Shown here piece after piece: positions 14,399 through 27,110 of a stretch of 59,742 bases of DNA. The stretch spans positions 173,988,614-174,048,355 of the forward strand of contig JANKJI020000002.1 of the NCBI GenBank assembly GCA_024626585.2, read 5' to 3'. Position 1 is the stretch's first letter. Each line of letters opens with the position of its first letter. A program made the translations under genes and the position numbers. The DNA is from Ginkgo biloba. Taxonomy: Eukaryota; Plantae; Ginkgophyta. The notes beneath the pieces were generated by a model that did no database searches, had not been told where the DNA came from, and saw only the letters and a program-made list of their open reading frames with translations.

Positions 14399-15968
14399 CA
14401 AAATGTCTTCCACTTATCAATGGATTTCATATACATTTCTTATTCTTTTGAAGTTTATGGGGTAGAAGATGACATGAGATCTATATATACAATTTCAATG
14501 GGTACCAAAGGATAAAACCTAACAGATGACTAAAAAGGAAAATATCTAATTGATTGGGAGTGGATTAGTTATAGTTATTTTGGATGTATGGTAATATATG
14601 ATCCCACATTATAATATGAAAGTGAGTGTATATCCTTAAGGTTTGTACAATAGTTTTATTCACAACTTTAGATTTCCCATTCATTTAAGGATCTAATTTT
14701 ATAGAGTGGTGAATCTTGGTATCCAACATAATCCATGCTAACTTCCAAAAGTGACTTGAAAAATTAGAATCATAATTAAAAATTATAGATGAAATTTTTT
14801 TAAAATCTATACATACTCCTATATGAAGTAGATATGTGAAAATTCTATGGTAGAATTAATTTCTTATATGGAGTTAGGATTACCATATTTAAAAAATAAT
14901 CAACAACCACAAACAAAGTATCATTACCATTCCTAATGGTAGTGAAATATCTACGAAATTCCATGGAAATGGGTTCATAAGACCATTAAGGAATGGATAA
15001 GTGAATATACATTACTTTATTTTTATGGCCAATTTTAAAATGCAACAAGATATATAAGACTTGGTATGATTTTTAACATCTTACGTTTTGTTAGAATAAT
15101 GAAAATATTCATGTAATATTAACAAATTATTTCTTACACTGAAGTGACGAGAAAACATAGAGTAGTATGAATCTCATATGAGTATTTACCATGGTTAACC
15201 CTTGGGTATACATAGGTTACCCAATAGATAAATTAGAATATCCTTAAATCACAAGGATCCATAAAGACATATTTAAAATTTTCCAACAATTACTTAGGAC
15301 AAATAATAGATGGAACTTGTAAATCAATTATTTGACTTGAAGTGTTTTTATATGGATTCCTTACAATTAGAAGTACAAACATGTGTATATTATTAATCAT
15401 AATCTTATATTAGGTGGGTGAAATGAGTTTTAGATTTTCCTCTTTTGGAAAAAAATTATTTTATGACATAAGTAGTACCATCCTTGAGTAGCTTTATTTG
15501 ATGTGATCTTTCTTGGTAGTTTATATATTAGTCAAACCTATAAATATTTGTAAGTAATATGTCACATACACAAAATTGTACCATTATAAAGCACCTCATC
15601 TTTCATAGGATGTATTATAAATTCTAATCGATATTGATAAGTGACCTCAAATTCCCTTCATTATTAAAACCATTAAATGTAGTATGGATTTAGGTGAGGC
15701 ATGATAAGAAAATATATTTTTTTGAATATATCCATATAGATTAATTTTTTTGGATCCAATTATCAAATATGATCAAAATAAGCTACTTGCCAACTTTGAT
15801 TTTTTATGGAAATGTCATTCACTCTTTTTATTATAATTGGTTTATATTGTAAGAACCCTTATACCTATGTATTATCCATGACCTCCTTATATTGGCCCAT
15901 TTCTTGTACAGATTGTGTAAGAAAATTTGAATTCTTATCAATGCATCATTATTTGAGTGAGTGACTAC

Positions 15969-16866
15969 TGATGTGACATCCTAACTAGGAGGGAGCAAGC
16001 AAGTGGTTCTATGGAGTTAAGCTCATTAAGGGGCTATGACCAAAGGGAACCAATGAATATTTTTTACTATTTATGTATTTCTCTTCCTAGATCATATATA
16101 TCTCTTGTTACTTTATTAATCATGATATAATAAAGTATCTTTATATATTTATATATAGTCTTTTATTAGATATTAACTAAAGCATGTGAAGTAGTTAGAG
16201 GTTGAATGGAATATTGTATAAAATATTTTCCAATGGAATATACTAAATGTAACCTAAGGATCCTATTATAAAATGACCTTGGGTATTATCCTCATGCACA
16301 TGCTTCTTGGCTTCTTGTAATTCTTTGTAAATTTGCAAGTGGAATAGAGAGACTTTGGTTTATTGTCCAAAGCTTATGTGAATGAATTATTATCTTCTTG
16401 GATTATAGTTTGATGGTGATAGATATTAGAGTGAAAATATCATTTGATGCATATATTATCATAGGATATCTTGCAAGGTGATTTGGCAGGTTTACAAGGT
16501 AGGTAAGGAACATTATTGGGCTTTATACGAAGTGTGCACAATGTCAGAATGAAAAAATATGGTCACGACTGAGTTCATGTGAGTTATAGAAAGTACCATG
16601 ATAGTTCATTTCATTTCCATAGTACCATGGATCCATGTGCCCCAAGAGTGCAGAAAAGAATGGTATCCTATTGATATTCATGCAAATACACGATATTAGA
16701 GAAATTTGATAGATAACAAGTCATGCAAACCATACAAAGTGACTAGATATACTTATTCCAAAATCCAAATAATATAGATGTTTGAGAGAGATTATTATCC
16801 CCTTGAATTTTCTATCACGCTATTGCATACTTGTGAAAATGATCCAATCACTAAGAAGGTACATCA
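15969..16866 (+). repeat. 5' LTR (898 bp)
   Basis: tgatgt...acatca inverted termini, followed by the PBS. Confidence 0.92.
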
Positions 16867-16868
16867 TT

Positions 16869-16881
16869 TGGTATTAGAGCC
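16869..16881 (+). promoter_or_regulatory. PBS (tRNA-iMet type)
   Basis: tggtattagagcc, 2 nt after the LTR end (canonical tggtatcagagc). Confidence 0.9.
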
Positions 16882-17229
16882 TAAGATTGGTTCTAAAGTT
16901 GATACCAATTTACTATCATAATAGAAGTTGGTATTAGAACAAGTTTTTTACTTTGTTATTTTTTTCATACTCCTATTATTGGTGCATTGGTTGGATTGCT
17001 TCTAGTAATATGGATTGCCCACAATAAAGAGTAAGATCTTATTGGCACATTGGATGGATTGCTACTAGTAAGATAGATTCCCTATAATAGGAATAATTAT
17101 TTGGATAAAATATCAAATCCATGACAATTTTAAACTTATTGAAGGATAAAATATTGTTATTGTGGTCTATTATTTAAATTATCATATTTTTACATGTGAT
17201 CTCTACTCGAAGTGAATTAAGGACTACAA

Positions 17230-18960
17230 GCCAAGATGTAGGGAGAGAGGAAAAGAGCTCCACGAAGTCCTTTTAAAATTAGATCCAACCATGAAGAAGA
17301 GGATGATTTGAGTAGGGATGAAGAGTATGGAGAAGGTATTCTTGAGGAAAAAGTGAACATGATGCAAATATATTTTAAGAAAATGATTAAATAGAAGAAG
17401 GAGAGTCAACAGACATTTAGAGGGATGATGACCCTCATGCAACAAATTTAAACTCAACTTTAAATGTTGAGTGTAGTAAGGACTACAGTACCTATCGTGG
17501 TAGACAAACCATTTTATACTCCTTTTCATTTTTTTTTTCCTTCATGGAATATTTTTCTACCTCTTACAGGTACTTCATCAACATATATACCTATGACACA
17601 TAATCCATTTTGAGTTGAGTCCAAGGTTGAAATACAGGTGTTTGAGGGAAGAATGGATGTAGAATATTTAGAGACTTGGATTTAATCATTAAAGGTATAT
17701 TTTTGTTGTCAAGCCTAAATAGATGAGCAAAGGGTAATGTTTTCTACTTTGAAGATGGGGAAAAGGGAACTATTGTGGTGGGAATATTTTTGTAGGATCA
17801 TAGACTAGACAGGAAAACTACCAATTACTTCTTAGAATGAGTTCAAGAAGGAGTTGAGGAAAATTTTCTATCCACTTAGATATGAAGATGAACTTTTTCT
17901 CAAATGGCATCATCTAAGGAAAGGCCAAGGGAAAAGTTTAGAAGAATTTTATGAAGAGTATCAATATCTAATAATTCGGTTAGATATTCAAGAATCAAAT
18001 GAAAAAATGATACTTAAGTTTCTTGGGGATATACATGGATATATTATACATGAGTTGAAATTTTTTTCATTCCCTAGTCTACAAGAGGAATTTAGGCTTT
18101 CTTCTAAGATAGAGGCAAGAAGGAAATCTTCAAAGAGTTCAATAAAAGAAGAGGGAAAGCCTAAGAGAAAGGTGTCTCTCATATCAAATACTTCATCAAT
18201 AACATCATCCAAATCTTCTAGTACTACTTCAAGAAAGAAGAACAAGGGGGCTAAGAAGAATACAAGTTTAACATGGAGGAAGAACCAATATGGCTCCAAA
18301 ACATGTTCACACTGTGGAAGAAAAAGATATGAAAAAGAGGGTTGTTGGAAGCTTAATCTAGAAAAGGCACCTGGATCACTACATCTACAAAAGCAAGAGA
18401 AGAAGAAATTGATTGACCGTATAATCACTTTGAATGAGCCAGATTGAATGATAGTTCTTTTTAACACAAAGGATAAGAACATGGATAGAGAGAGTATTTT
18501 TACTATGCTAATGCAGGTGAAGAATAAAGTGATTTCAACTATTTTGGATAGTGGGAGCTAATAGAACTTGGTTTCAGCTAGTTTGGTCAAGGATTTGGGT
18601 CTATAACTTGAGGAGTTTCCTAACCCATATGAGATCAATGGCATAAAAAGAGAGGAGATTGATCAAGTGACACACCAATGCACTATTAAATTTTCAAGCA
18701 TAAAGGATTGTATTGATAAAGTGACATGCTATGTACTACCAATGGATTTCACTAATGTTTTGTTGGGAATACCATTTATGATTTATATAAAGGCTACTAT
18801 TACTCCTTTTTTGGGGAAGTATGAGATAGAGAAGGATGGACAATCTTTCATTCTCAAGTCGGTTCTAGTTTTCAAGTCAACACCTTTGGTATCTAGAGTG
18901 AAAGATAAGCAAGTGATATAATCTCCAAGGATGTTTGTTTTTATGACAAAGGGAAAGGAA
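17230..18960 (+). pseudogene. gag: gag-protease pseudogene
   Basis: VESKVEIQVFEGRMD..ETWI ~17615; ORF 17854-18447 (FYPLRY..KWHHLRKGQ, zinc-knuckle remnant CSHCGRKRYEKEGCW); ILDSGS at 18541; ORF 18667-18921 (VLPMDFTNVLLGIPF). Confidence 0.9.
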
Positions 18961-19056
18961 TAATAATTAAAGATAGAAGTGGACTAAGCCTATCAAAAAT
19001 ATTTCCCAATTGGAGAGATAATATTTTCCATCATAAATATGGAATCATTCCTCGTT

Positions 19057-19583
19057 GGAGAGTTTGGTTTATTGTCCAAAGGTTATGTGAATGAATTATT
19101 ATCTTTGATTTATCTTGGATTATAGTTTTATGGTGATCGATCTTAGAGTGAAAATCTTATTAGATGCATTGAATATGGTAGGATATCTTGTAGGGTTATT
19201 TTTTAGGTTCACATGATAGGTACAAAACATTATTAGGCTTTGTGTAAAGGGTGCACAGTGTCAAAATAAAAAAATATGGTTGCGGCTGAGTTTGCATGAG
19301 TTATAGGTAGTATCGTGATAGTGTGTTATATTTCCATAGAATTATGGATCCATTCACACAAAGAGAATGCAAAATAAAGGTATCTTATTGATATATGTGC
19401 AAATACATAGTATTAGAGAAATTTGACAAATATCAAGCCATATAGACTATATAGAGTGACTACACATACTTATTCTAGAATACAAACAATACATTGGTTT
19501 GATAGATACAATTAGCCCCTTGGATTTTTAATCACACTTTCACATACTTTTGAAAATATTCCAACCACCAAGCGAGTACATTA
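19057..19583 (+). repeat. 5'-truncated 3' LTR
   Basis: Aligns with ~16346-16866 (tttggtttattgtccaaag.ttatgtgaatgaattattatct onward). Confidence 0.92.
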
Positions 19584-21720
19584 ACTACTCTATGATAATC
19601 ACATCACTCACCCATGTGTTGAGAAGTCTTTCCTTTTGGTTTCCATACTCCCTTTTGTTGTCCTAGAGGCTTTTAAGTAATTTTGTTGGTAAATCTATCT
19701 TAAGATTTACATTTGGCGATGTATTTAGTAGATTTTATATATGGTGTCTTACCCTTGATAAAATCTTAGAAAAAATAGTACTTATTTTTTCCAAATGCAC
19801 TTTAATCAATAGTATCATTATATTAATGATCGAAATGGATAGATTTCATTAAATAATTTCCTTTGAAATTCTCCTCAAGCTTGGTTGAAAATTAGAAATC
19901 CTAACCAGGTGTGTTGATTATAAGGAAACCCATTCAATCCTTGACTTATTAATATATATATCATTTTTATTTGATAATTTTCATCTCCTTGTAATATAAA
20001 ATGTCCAACTAAATTTCTAAGGCATAGAATTTGTTATTATAATCTTGCATTATTTACCTTATTTTTTGCCTAAGTCATTACCATTAGATGATATTATCAT
20101 ATATATACCCAACTAGGTATAATTTATCTTATAATAAAGATTTAAATATTATAAATATTTTAATGGGCTTGATTTATCTTCCTTTCCCTACTTATAAAAT
20201 GATTCTGACCAAAATACAAAATTTTGTGATAATTTTAATTAGGTAAAATAAATTTTATCTTTATCATCAACAGAGTTAAATAAGAAGTAAACATCTAATT
20301 ATTTTAGCTAATAATCCAAGTAATCAACATAACATTTTCCTATGAAACTAAGTATATATATATTAATTTCAACTTTGAAGGGATTTTTTCCTCTAGATGG
20401 TGCATCTAAAGTTTTAAGTGGTAAAGGTTTTTTCTCCTTCATCAAATCTAAAAATCTTGCAAAGACCTCTTTCTTTTGCTTCAACAATGCCTCTTCAACC
20501 ACTTGCTTCAAAGTTTCAATGATGGGGTTTTCTTGCTCTTTTCTCTAAAGTTCATAACTCCCTTCCTCCATCATGGATGAAGCTCCAATTTTTCTTGTCT
20601 TGGGCAGTGGATAAAGTAGTCGATTTTATAGTACAAGTTGCTTTCTCTTATACATGGATGTTGTCCACCTTTGTATATACTTCAACCAAAGTGAATCTTT
20701 CCACAAACCTAGCTCTCATATAAAATTAATCCAAATCTATAGCCAAAAGTTTAGAGGAATAACCAAAAAGATGAAGAGATCTTTGGTTAATGGTACAAAA
20801 AATTAATGGTTTCCTCTTGTAGACTAAATCAAAAATTTTACCAGCACTTTGCAAAACAAGAAACTAAAGGTATAACAAGCATGACTATTCACAAGTCAAT
20901 TATTACAGCTTAGAATTACAAATAAGAGTTGATATCTTAGCCTCCTAGAAGATGAGAACCTACTGTAACCTCTAACACATGATGGATTCTATTGTGTTTG
21001 AGACAGAGGTCAAAACTTTTTTCTTTGCTCCTCCAAATTTGCACGCCTACAAGGAAAGAGTAGAGAAAAAGACCCTTGAAATTCCAAAATTTTCCCCTTC
21101 ATATGGGAGTTTGTAAGAACCCATACGAAAGATATGAAATACAAAATAATCAAAAAGCATCTTGGTCATTTAATCATTTTTATTATTCTCTATTTTTCTT
21201 CTTATTTTTTCTTATCCATGTAGGTTTCTTGTGTGAGTATTTTGACCATAGCTTTCTACTCATAGCTCCATTTTTCAACTCCTTTATATCGTCGAGAACG
21301 TAACAGAAAGCTTCACATCTTTTCTCTAATAAACATTTGTTGATTCTTAATGGTTTGTGCGCAATTCAAATCTAACATTCTAGAAATTTGTCAAATTGGA
21401 AAAATGGATAGAATATAATTTCACCTGTCAAAACTTGTCAAAATCATACAAAATTTTACAGATGCTTGGTTCCACGTATACTATAGCTTGTCTCAAACTT
21501 TCAAGTCATTTTTACATGATTTCACTCCATTTAATCAATCTAATCAATGACTAGGTTCTGCACTAAATTCATCCTTTTGGTAGTCATTACCACTATATTA
21601 TTAGTGGCTCTCTCTCCTATAGCTTTTAACTAAAGTTTAAATGTCTTTGCTTTAAATTCTTTTGCTTTAAAGGGAAATGGAGACCTTTCTATTCATGCAT
21701 CATGTTCTTATTAAAACATT

Positions 21721-21773
21721 TTCCTTTAATACTTACCTTTGAGCACCCTTCCTTTAATACTTACCTTTGAGCA
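21721..21773. repeat. 28-bp-period tandem duplication
   Basis: ttcctttaatacttacctttgagca occurs twice. Confidence 0.9.
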
Positions 21774-22539
21774 GTCTTATAAGTGCTTTTATTATAAAAT
21801 AAGCAATCTTCCTATTTTATACCTCTAATCAAGTATCGTCATAGCTANNNNNNNNNNNNNNNNNNNNNNNNNNNNNNNNNNNNNNNNNNNNNNNNNNNNN
21901 NNNNNNNNNNNNNNNNNNNNNNNNNNNNNNNNNNNNNNNNNNNNNNNNNNNNNNNNNNNNNNNNNNNNNNNNNNNNNNNNNNNNNNNNNNNNNNNNNNNN
22001 NNNNNNNNNNNNNNNNNNNNNNNNNNNNNNNNNNNNNNNNNNNNNNNNNNNNNNNNNNNNNNNNNNNNNNNNNNNNNNNNNNNNNNNNNNNNNNNNNNNN
22101 NNNNNNNNNNNNNNNNNNNNNNNNNNNNNNNNNNNNNNNNNNNNNNNNNNNNNNNNNNNNNNNNNNNNNNNNNNNNNNNNNNNNNNNNNNNNNNNNNNNN
22201 NNNNNNNNNNNNNNNNNNNNNNNNNNNNNNNNNNNNNNNNNNNNNNNNNNNNNNNNNNNNNNNNNNNNNNNNNNNNNNNNNNNNNNNNNNNNNNNNNNNN
22301 NNNNNNNNNNNNNNNNNNNNNNNNNNNNNNNNNNNNNNNNNNNNNNNNNNNNNNNNNNNNNNNNNNNNNNNNNNNNNNNNNNNNNNNNNNNNNNNNNNNN
22401 NNNNNNNNNNNNNNNNNNNNNNNNNNNNNNNNNNNNNNNNNNNNNNNNNNNNNNNNNNNNNNNNNNNNNNNNNNNNNNNNNNNNNNNNNNNNNNNNNNNN
22501 NNNAAATTCAAAAACCAACACCCTTAAGAACATTCCTTT

Positions 22540-25500
22540 GTCTACTCTTCTATAATTTGGGGGAATAAGTTAGGAGGATCTTGATTATTTTATCTTTTTA
22601 TTTGACATGCTTTAAAGAATCTATGTTCACCTCATAGATTCCTAAGAATTATAATTCTTTCTTTTCACTCTGAGAGGAGAATATTATGCTTATAGATAAT
22701 ATTCCCATTATCATTTGAAAATAAATTAAGAGAAGATCTCTTGAAATTAAAATAGGATGATGATGAGTTTATAAGAGACTATATTGAATGATTTAACTAC
22801 CTCATGAGGATATGTACAAAATATGGGCATGAGAAAATCACTTTGAAGACTATATTCTTATTAGGTATACAATATGGTGTTTGAATGTGGTTGAACTTGA
22901 TAATAGTAAAACAAATAACAATTGACTTTTTTTCAAAAATATCAAATGTCTATATTTATAGCATTCAATAGGTTTTAATATATGGGAAGAAAATAAACTT
23001 ATAGACATAATATATTTTCAACCCTTGGGTTCAAGTTGAAATAGGGAATTAAATTATATGATTGTTTTAAATTTAAATTGAATAATATACAAGTTGACCC
23101 CAAAAATATTTTTTATCTTTAGTAGTATTACAACTTCAAATTTTGGATATTAATATTAGGAAACCTAATTTGGTTAATTCAACACCACTATGTACCCTTA
23201 TCTTCAAGTGTCAAAAGAAACATCTAGTGAATGAATATTGATGTATTATTAATTTAGTGTGATATTTAGAAATAAAATTAGTTGGATAAATATTTATCAA
23301 TGTTTCAAAATAAGTGTCAAAAGGAGGAGGATGTATTTGTGCATTTATTTATACTCAAATATAAAGGATATGAGGGTGATGGAAAAAAGTATATGGAAAA
23401 CCAACTCTAACCATGAAGAAATTTATCTCATCTCATTTTGCATCAATATTTATTCTTATTATGGGTATGTATCAATATAATTATCATATTTCTAATGTTT
23501 TATCTCATTATATTCCTTGTGATTATTTAATAATACTTATTATTATAGACCTCCTTATCAAGTGTGACCATAATATTATCCTCCTAAATAATCAATAATG
23601 GAATATTACCCTATAAATCCTTATGTTTATCATACTTTTAGAGGATAATTATTCGAAGACCCTAATATATAATATTTTTATATGAAATCTTACACTTCTC
23701 TTGTGTATTATTTACCTTCTCTTTTATAACAACTAACCATACGAGTCAAACCTGATGCTCCCTAAGATGCACCAAAAGCTACATCATTAGCATTACCTTC
23801 CCAAGTCATTAACAAACTTGTAGAAGACATACAATAATATAATTACACATATTTTATTGATATTAATAAAAATAAAAATTTAAAAACCATTATACTACAT
23901 ATAGGAGCATCACAAGATACAACCATACATGTTCAACCTTATAAAAATATTACTTTATATTTAGATAAACTATTGGAGGGAGCAAATATTAAAAACATAA
24001 AGAGAGAGGGAACTATAATCATTAAGGAATAAAATGATATCATTGTATCAACCTTGTATCCTCCTACCACTCCCACACTATTTTATACATAGGTAGAATC
24101 CACTCTTACATTTCCACGAGATTGAAAATGCATAAACAAGAGAAGGATGACCATCACTTCAATTTTCATGATGATTTTAAAAATGTATTTATTTGAATCC
24201 AAGTCACTCATGTTTTAAAATTTTCTCTAATTCATGTATAGTAATATTTAAATATGTATACTAAAGGATAAAATAGGAAAAAACATCTTATTATGATTAA
24301 GGTAGTTGAATCAACATATGATATTCTCTTTGGAAAAGAATTGATGCAAAAATATGGAGACATAAGAACTTAATTTATGGGAAAATCAATTAAGAAAAAT
24401 AAAATCCCAAAGTACCAATTGATTTAGGTAATTAAATAAATATTACGATAGTAAAACCATAAAGTAATTATACCTTATGGGATTTTCAAAGACTTGTATA
24501 ATGGTATAGATAGCAAAGTGATTGATAATGTAGTTAGAGGGAATGCTTGTTGATGTTTTAATTTACGTGGATTATTTCGAGTATCCAACTAATTTTATGG
24601 TCCTACAACTTAAAAATAATCTCAAAGGATACCCCATGATGTGCCATCGTTCCTTGAGACGAGCTAGTACATGATCCTATGGATATGGATCATTAAGGGG
24701 GCTAAGACCGAAGGGGATACATGGAGAGTTTTTCACCTACGGGTNNNNNNNNNNNNNNNNNNNNNNNNNNNNNNNNNNNNNNNNNNNNNNNNNNNNNNNN
24801 NNNNNNNNNNNNNNNNNNNNNNNNNNNNNNNNNNNNNNNNNNNNNNNNNNNNNNNNNNNNNNNNNNNNNNNNNNNNNNNNNNNNNNNNNNNNNNNNNNNN
24901 NNNNNNNNNNNNNNNNNNNNNNNNNNNNNNNNNNNNNNNNNNNNNNNNNNNNNNNNNNNNNNNNNNNNNNNNNNNNNNNNNNNNNNNNNNNNNNNNNNNN
25001 NNNNNNNNNNNNNNNNNNNNNNNNNNNNNNNNNNNNNNNNNNNNNNNNNNNNNNNNNNNNNNNNNNNNNNNNNNNNNNNNNNNNNNNNNNNNNNNNNNNN
25101 NNNNNNNNNNNNNNNNNNNNNNNNNNNNNNNNNNNNNNNNNNNNNNNNNNNNNNNNNNNNNNNNNNNNNNNNNNNNNNNNNNNNNNNNNNNNNNNNNNNN
25201 NNNNNNNNNNNNNNNNNNNNNNNNNNNNNNNNNNNNNNNNTCTTTCCACACCTTTGATAGTGACCTCTCAGTGTGCAAGTGGTGACCATCGAGATCCATG
25301 TAGGCAGCACAACTTTCTGGGTCAAGTTCTTAGCTCTTTAGGAGAGGAGCAGGTGACCGTGCACTAGAGCATGCAAATCTTTGTTGCAAGCTCAGACCGT
25401 GCATTACCATGCACAAATCTACATCATCACTCTGAAATTGTGTGCATTATTGCATCGAGATATTTAACTTAGAACATACATGGTTATTTTCTGAAATTTC

Positions 25501-26262
25501 ACATGTAAACAAGATTTTACCTACACAAGACAATTTCAATATTAAGAATCAGATTACCCCCTTGAAAATTGATCAAAATGATTCTGCATAAACTCTATTA
25601 AAACCTCCAACACCAAGTGGTTGTATCACACCATTATGGTAAATATACTTTAGCTTACCATTAAAAATGTAGTAATAACTTGTTAAACAAAAAAATATTT
25701 TTTTCACATAGAAGTTAGTAGTAATATTTGAATTTATTTTAGGTTACATAACTTGATTAGACCAATTTCAATGAACAAGTAAAATGTATGGGATTTTATC
25801 AATAATTGGATTATGTCAATACTATTTATTAGTTCCCCATTCATAATTTTAACTAATATTATGAAGAATGTATTTATCAATCCATGATCATGTATGATTA
25901 TGAAACATTAAAACAATTTGATGAGGATGTTGAATTTTACACATTCTTGCAAGAATTTCATTCTCAATAAGATATTGAACAATGTATTTATGATCTATAG
26001 ATCAAATAAATATGTTGTAGTCATATAGAAACAATGCCTCATTCTCTAACCAATGTTGATATACTTATACAAAATCATCAAGCTCTCTTAATTGATAGTT
26101 AGCTACTAAAAGAGAAAAAAAAAGAAGGATTTTTAAATCCTATAAAATAATAAGGGTATGTTTTATTAGATTCATAAGGATTTGAAAGGGATTTCCATTA
26201 CACTCTTACAACATTAGATTTTTTCAAAAGATTACATTGATCCAATCTAACAATTATAATAA
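22540..26262 (+). pseudogene. gag: Athila-like gag-protease, copy 2 (interrupted by a solo LTR; continues at 40397)
   Basis: KLREDLLKLK*DDDEFIRDYIE*F ~22725; IDLG ~24420; EGMLVDVLIYVDYFEYPTNFMVLQ..KGYP ~24537-24635. Confidence 0.85.
24637..25628 (+). mobile_element. Probable solo LTR (spans N-gap 24745-25240), related to the 15969 LTR
   Basis: tgatgtg...gtatca, TSD cccca/cacca; absent from copy 1 (13861 ataccccattatg); shares tcattaagggg.cta.gacc and cccttgaa motifs with 15969-16866. Confidence 0.82.
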
Positions 26263-27089
26263 TGTTAGCACATAAAATTTCCCCCACTAAAAATTATATA
26301 TAAATGTGAAAAAATATTACACATTATACTTCACCACAAACGATAAAGTACTACATACTACATGGAAAAGGTAGGTCACTTCTTGAAAGGTGGTAATACT
26401 TGGTCAAAATTACTAATGAATAGCTAATTATCCTCACATTTGGAAACTTCCTTTTCCTCACAATGGGGAAATAATTTAGAGATAGGATCTAATCCCAAGA
26501 ATATTACTCATGGATCATTAATAAGTTAATCATTTTAAGGAGTGGAAGTTTCCTTCTATAATCTATTTAAAAACCTCTTCACATGAGGTGATAGGAGGAA
26601 AAAAAATATATGCATGTGAAATGTTTATTATTTTTCTTGAAATTAGATTGTAAATTAGACTAGATTACTCACTAGTGCATGGACAGATAGAAACTCTTAG
26701 GAAGCTAATTACACTTTAAAAAATATAAATTCCTTATTTATCCTTTATTCATTCTCTATTATAGTAATTGATATTTATCACTAATATAAAGAAATTCTAT
26801 TATCCATCTTTGTGTTAATTTATATTAATTTTGAGTTTGAATTTTACCTTGAGGTGTTTCAGTTGTTGCCAAGGTTCTATTTTTATCATTGTACAAAGTT
26901 TAGGATAGGATTACTATCCCTTAAGAATTCTTAAGGGAAGAAATAAATTGAATATGCAAACAACAATTGATAGGTATATTTACCACTTTCAAAATTTATT
27001 ATCCCTAAAAATACCATGAATTCCTATTTTATCAAAATTATGTGGATGTTGTGTCTAGTCCACTAGGAGTCTAGACCCATACCCCAATA
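26263..27089 (+). repeat. 5' LTR of the Ogre/Tat element
   Basis: tgttagcacataaaattt...ccccaata; aligns with 39535-40391. Confidence 0.9.
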
Positions 27090-27092
27090 AAG

Positions 27093-27110
27093 TAGCAACT
27101 CCACTAGGGA
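27093..27110 (+). promoter_or_regulatory. PBS (tRNA-Arg type, Ogre-like)
   Basis: tagcaactccactaggga equals tggcgactccactgggga with three G>A changes. Confidence 0.85.

Larger units (their letters stand above)
15969..19583 (+). mobile_element. Nested, internally deleted Ty3/gypsy element (LTR-PBS-gag-PR-partial 3' LTR) with 5-bp TSD actac
   Basis: actac at 15964-15968 and 19584-19588; termini tgatgt...acatta; host sequence rejoins in register with copy 1. Confidence 0.93.
14399..21565 (-). mobile_element. Degenerate Ty3/gypsy copy 2 (RT/RH deleted near 15200-15240; interrupted by 15969-19583)
   Basis: INT 14400-15200 (WDHILPYIQ; zinc-finger remnant DSYYSMFSRHFSV); PR 15450-15790; gag ORF 20308-20511 (NPFKVEINI); PBS-like gctctcatataa 20712-20723; LTR ~20727-21565. 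Confidence 0.88.

Noticed and set aside
17988-18482. 164-aa minus-strand ORF (likewise 58455-58880, 59029-59337, 20342-20548, 17224-17529)
   Set aside because: Shadow frames opposite gag remnants; no independent motifs.
21825-22533. Long ORFs in the ORF track here and at 6700, 24671-25325, 31197-31486, 49507 and 54643
   Set aside because: They are open only because they run through N gaps.
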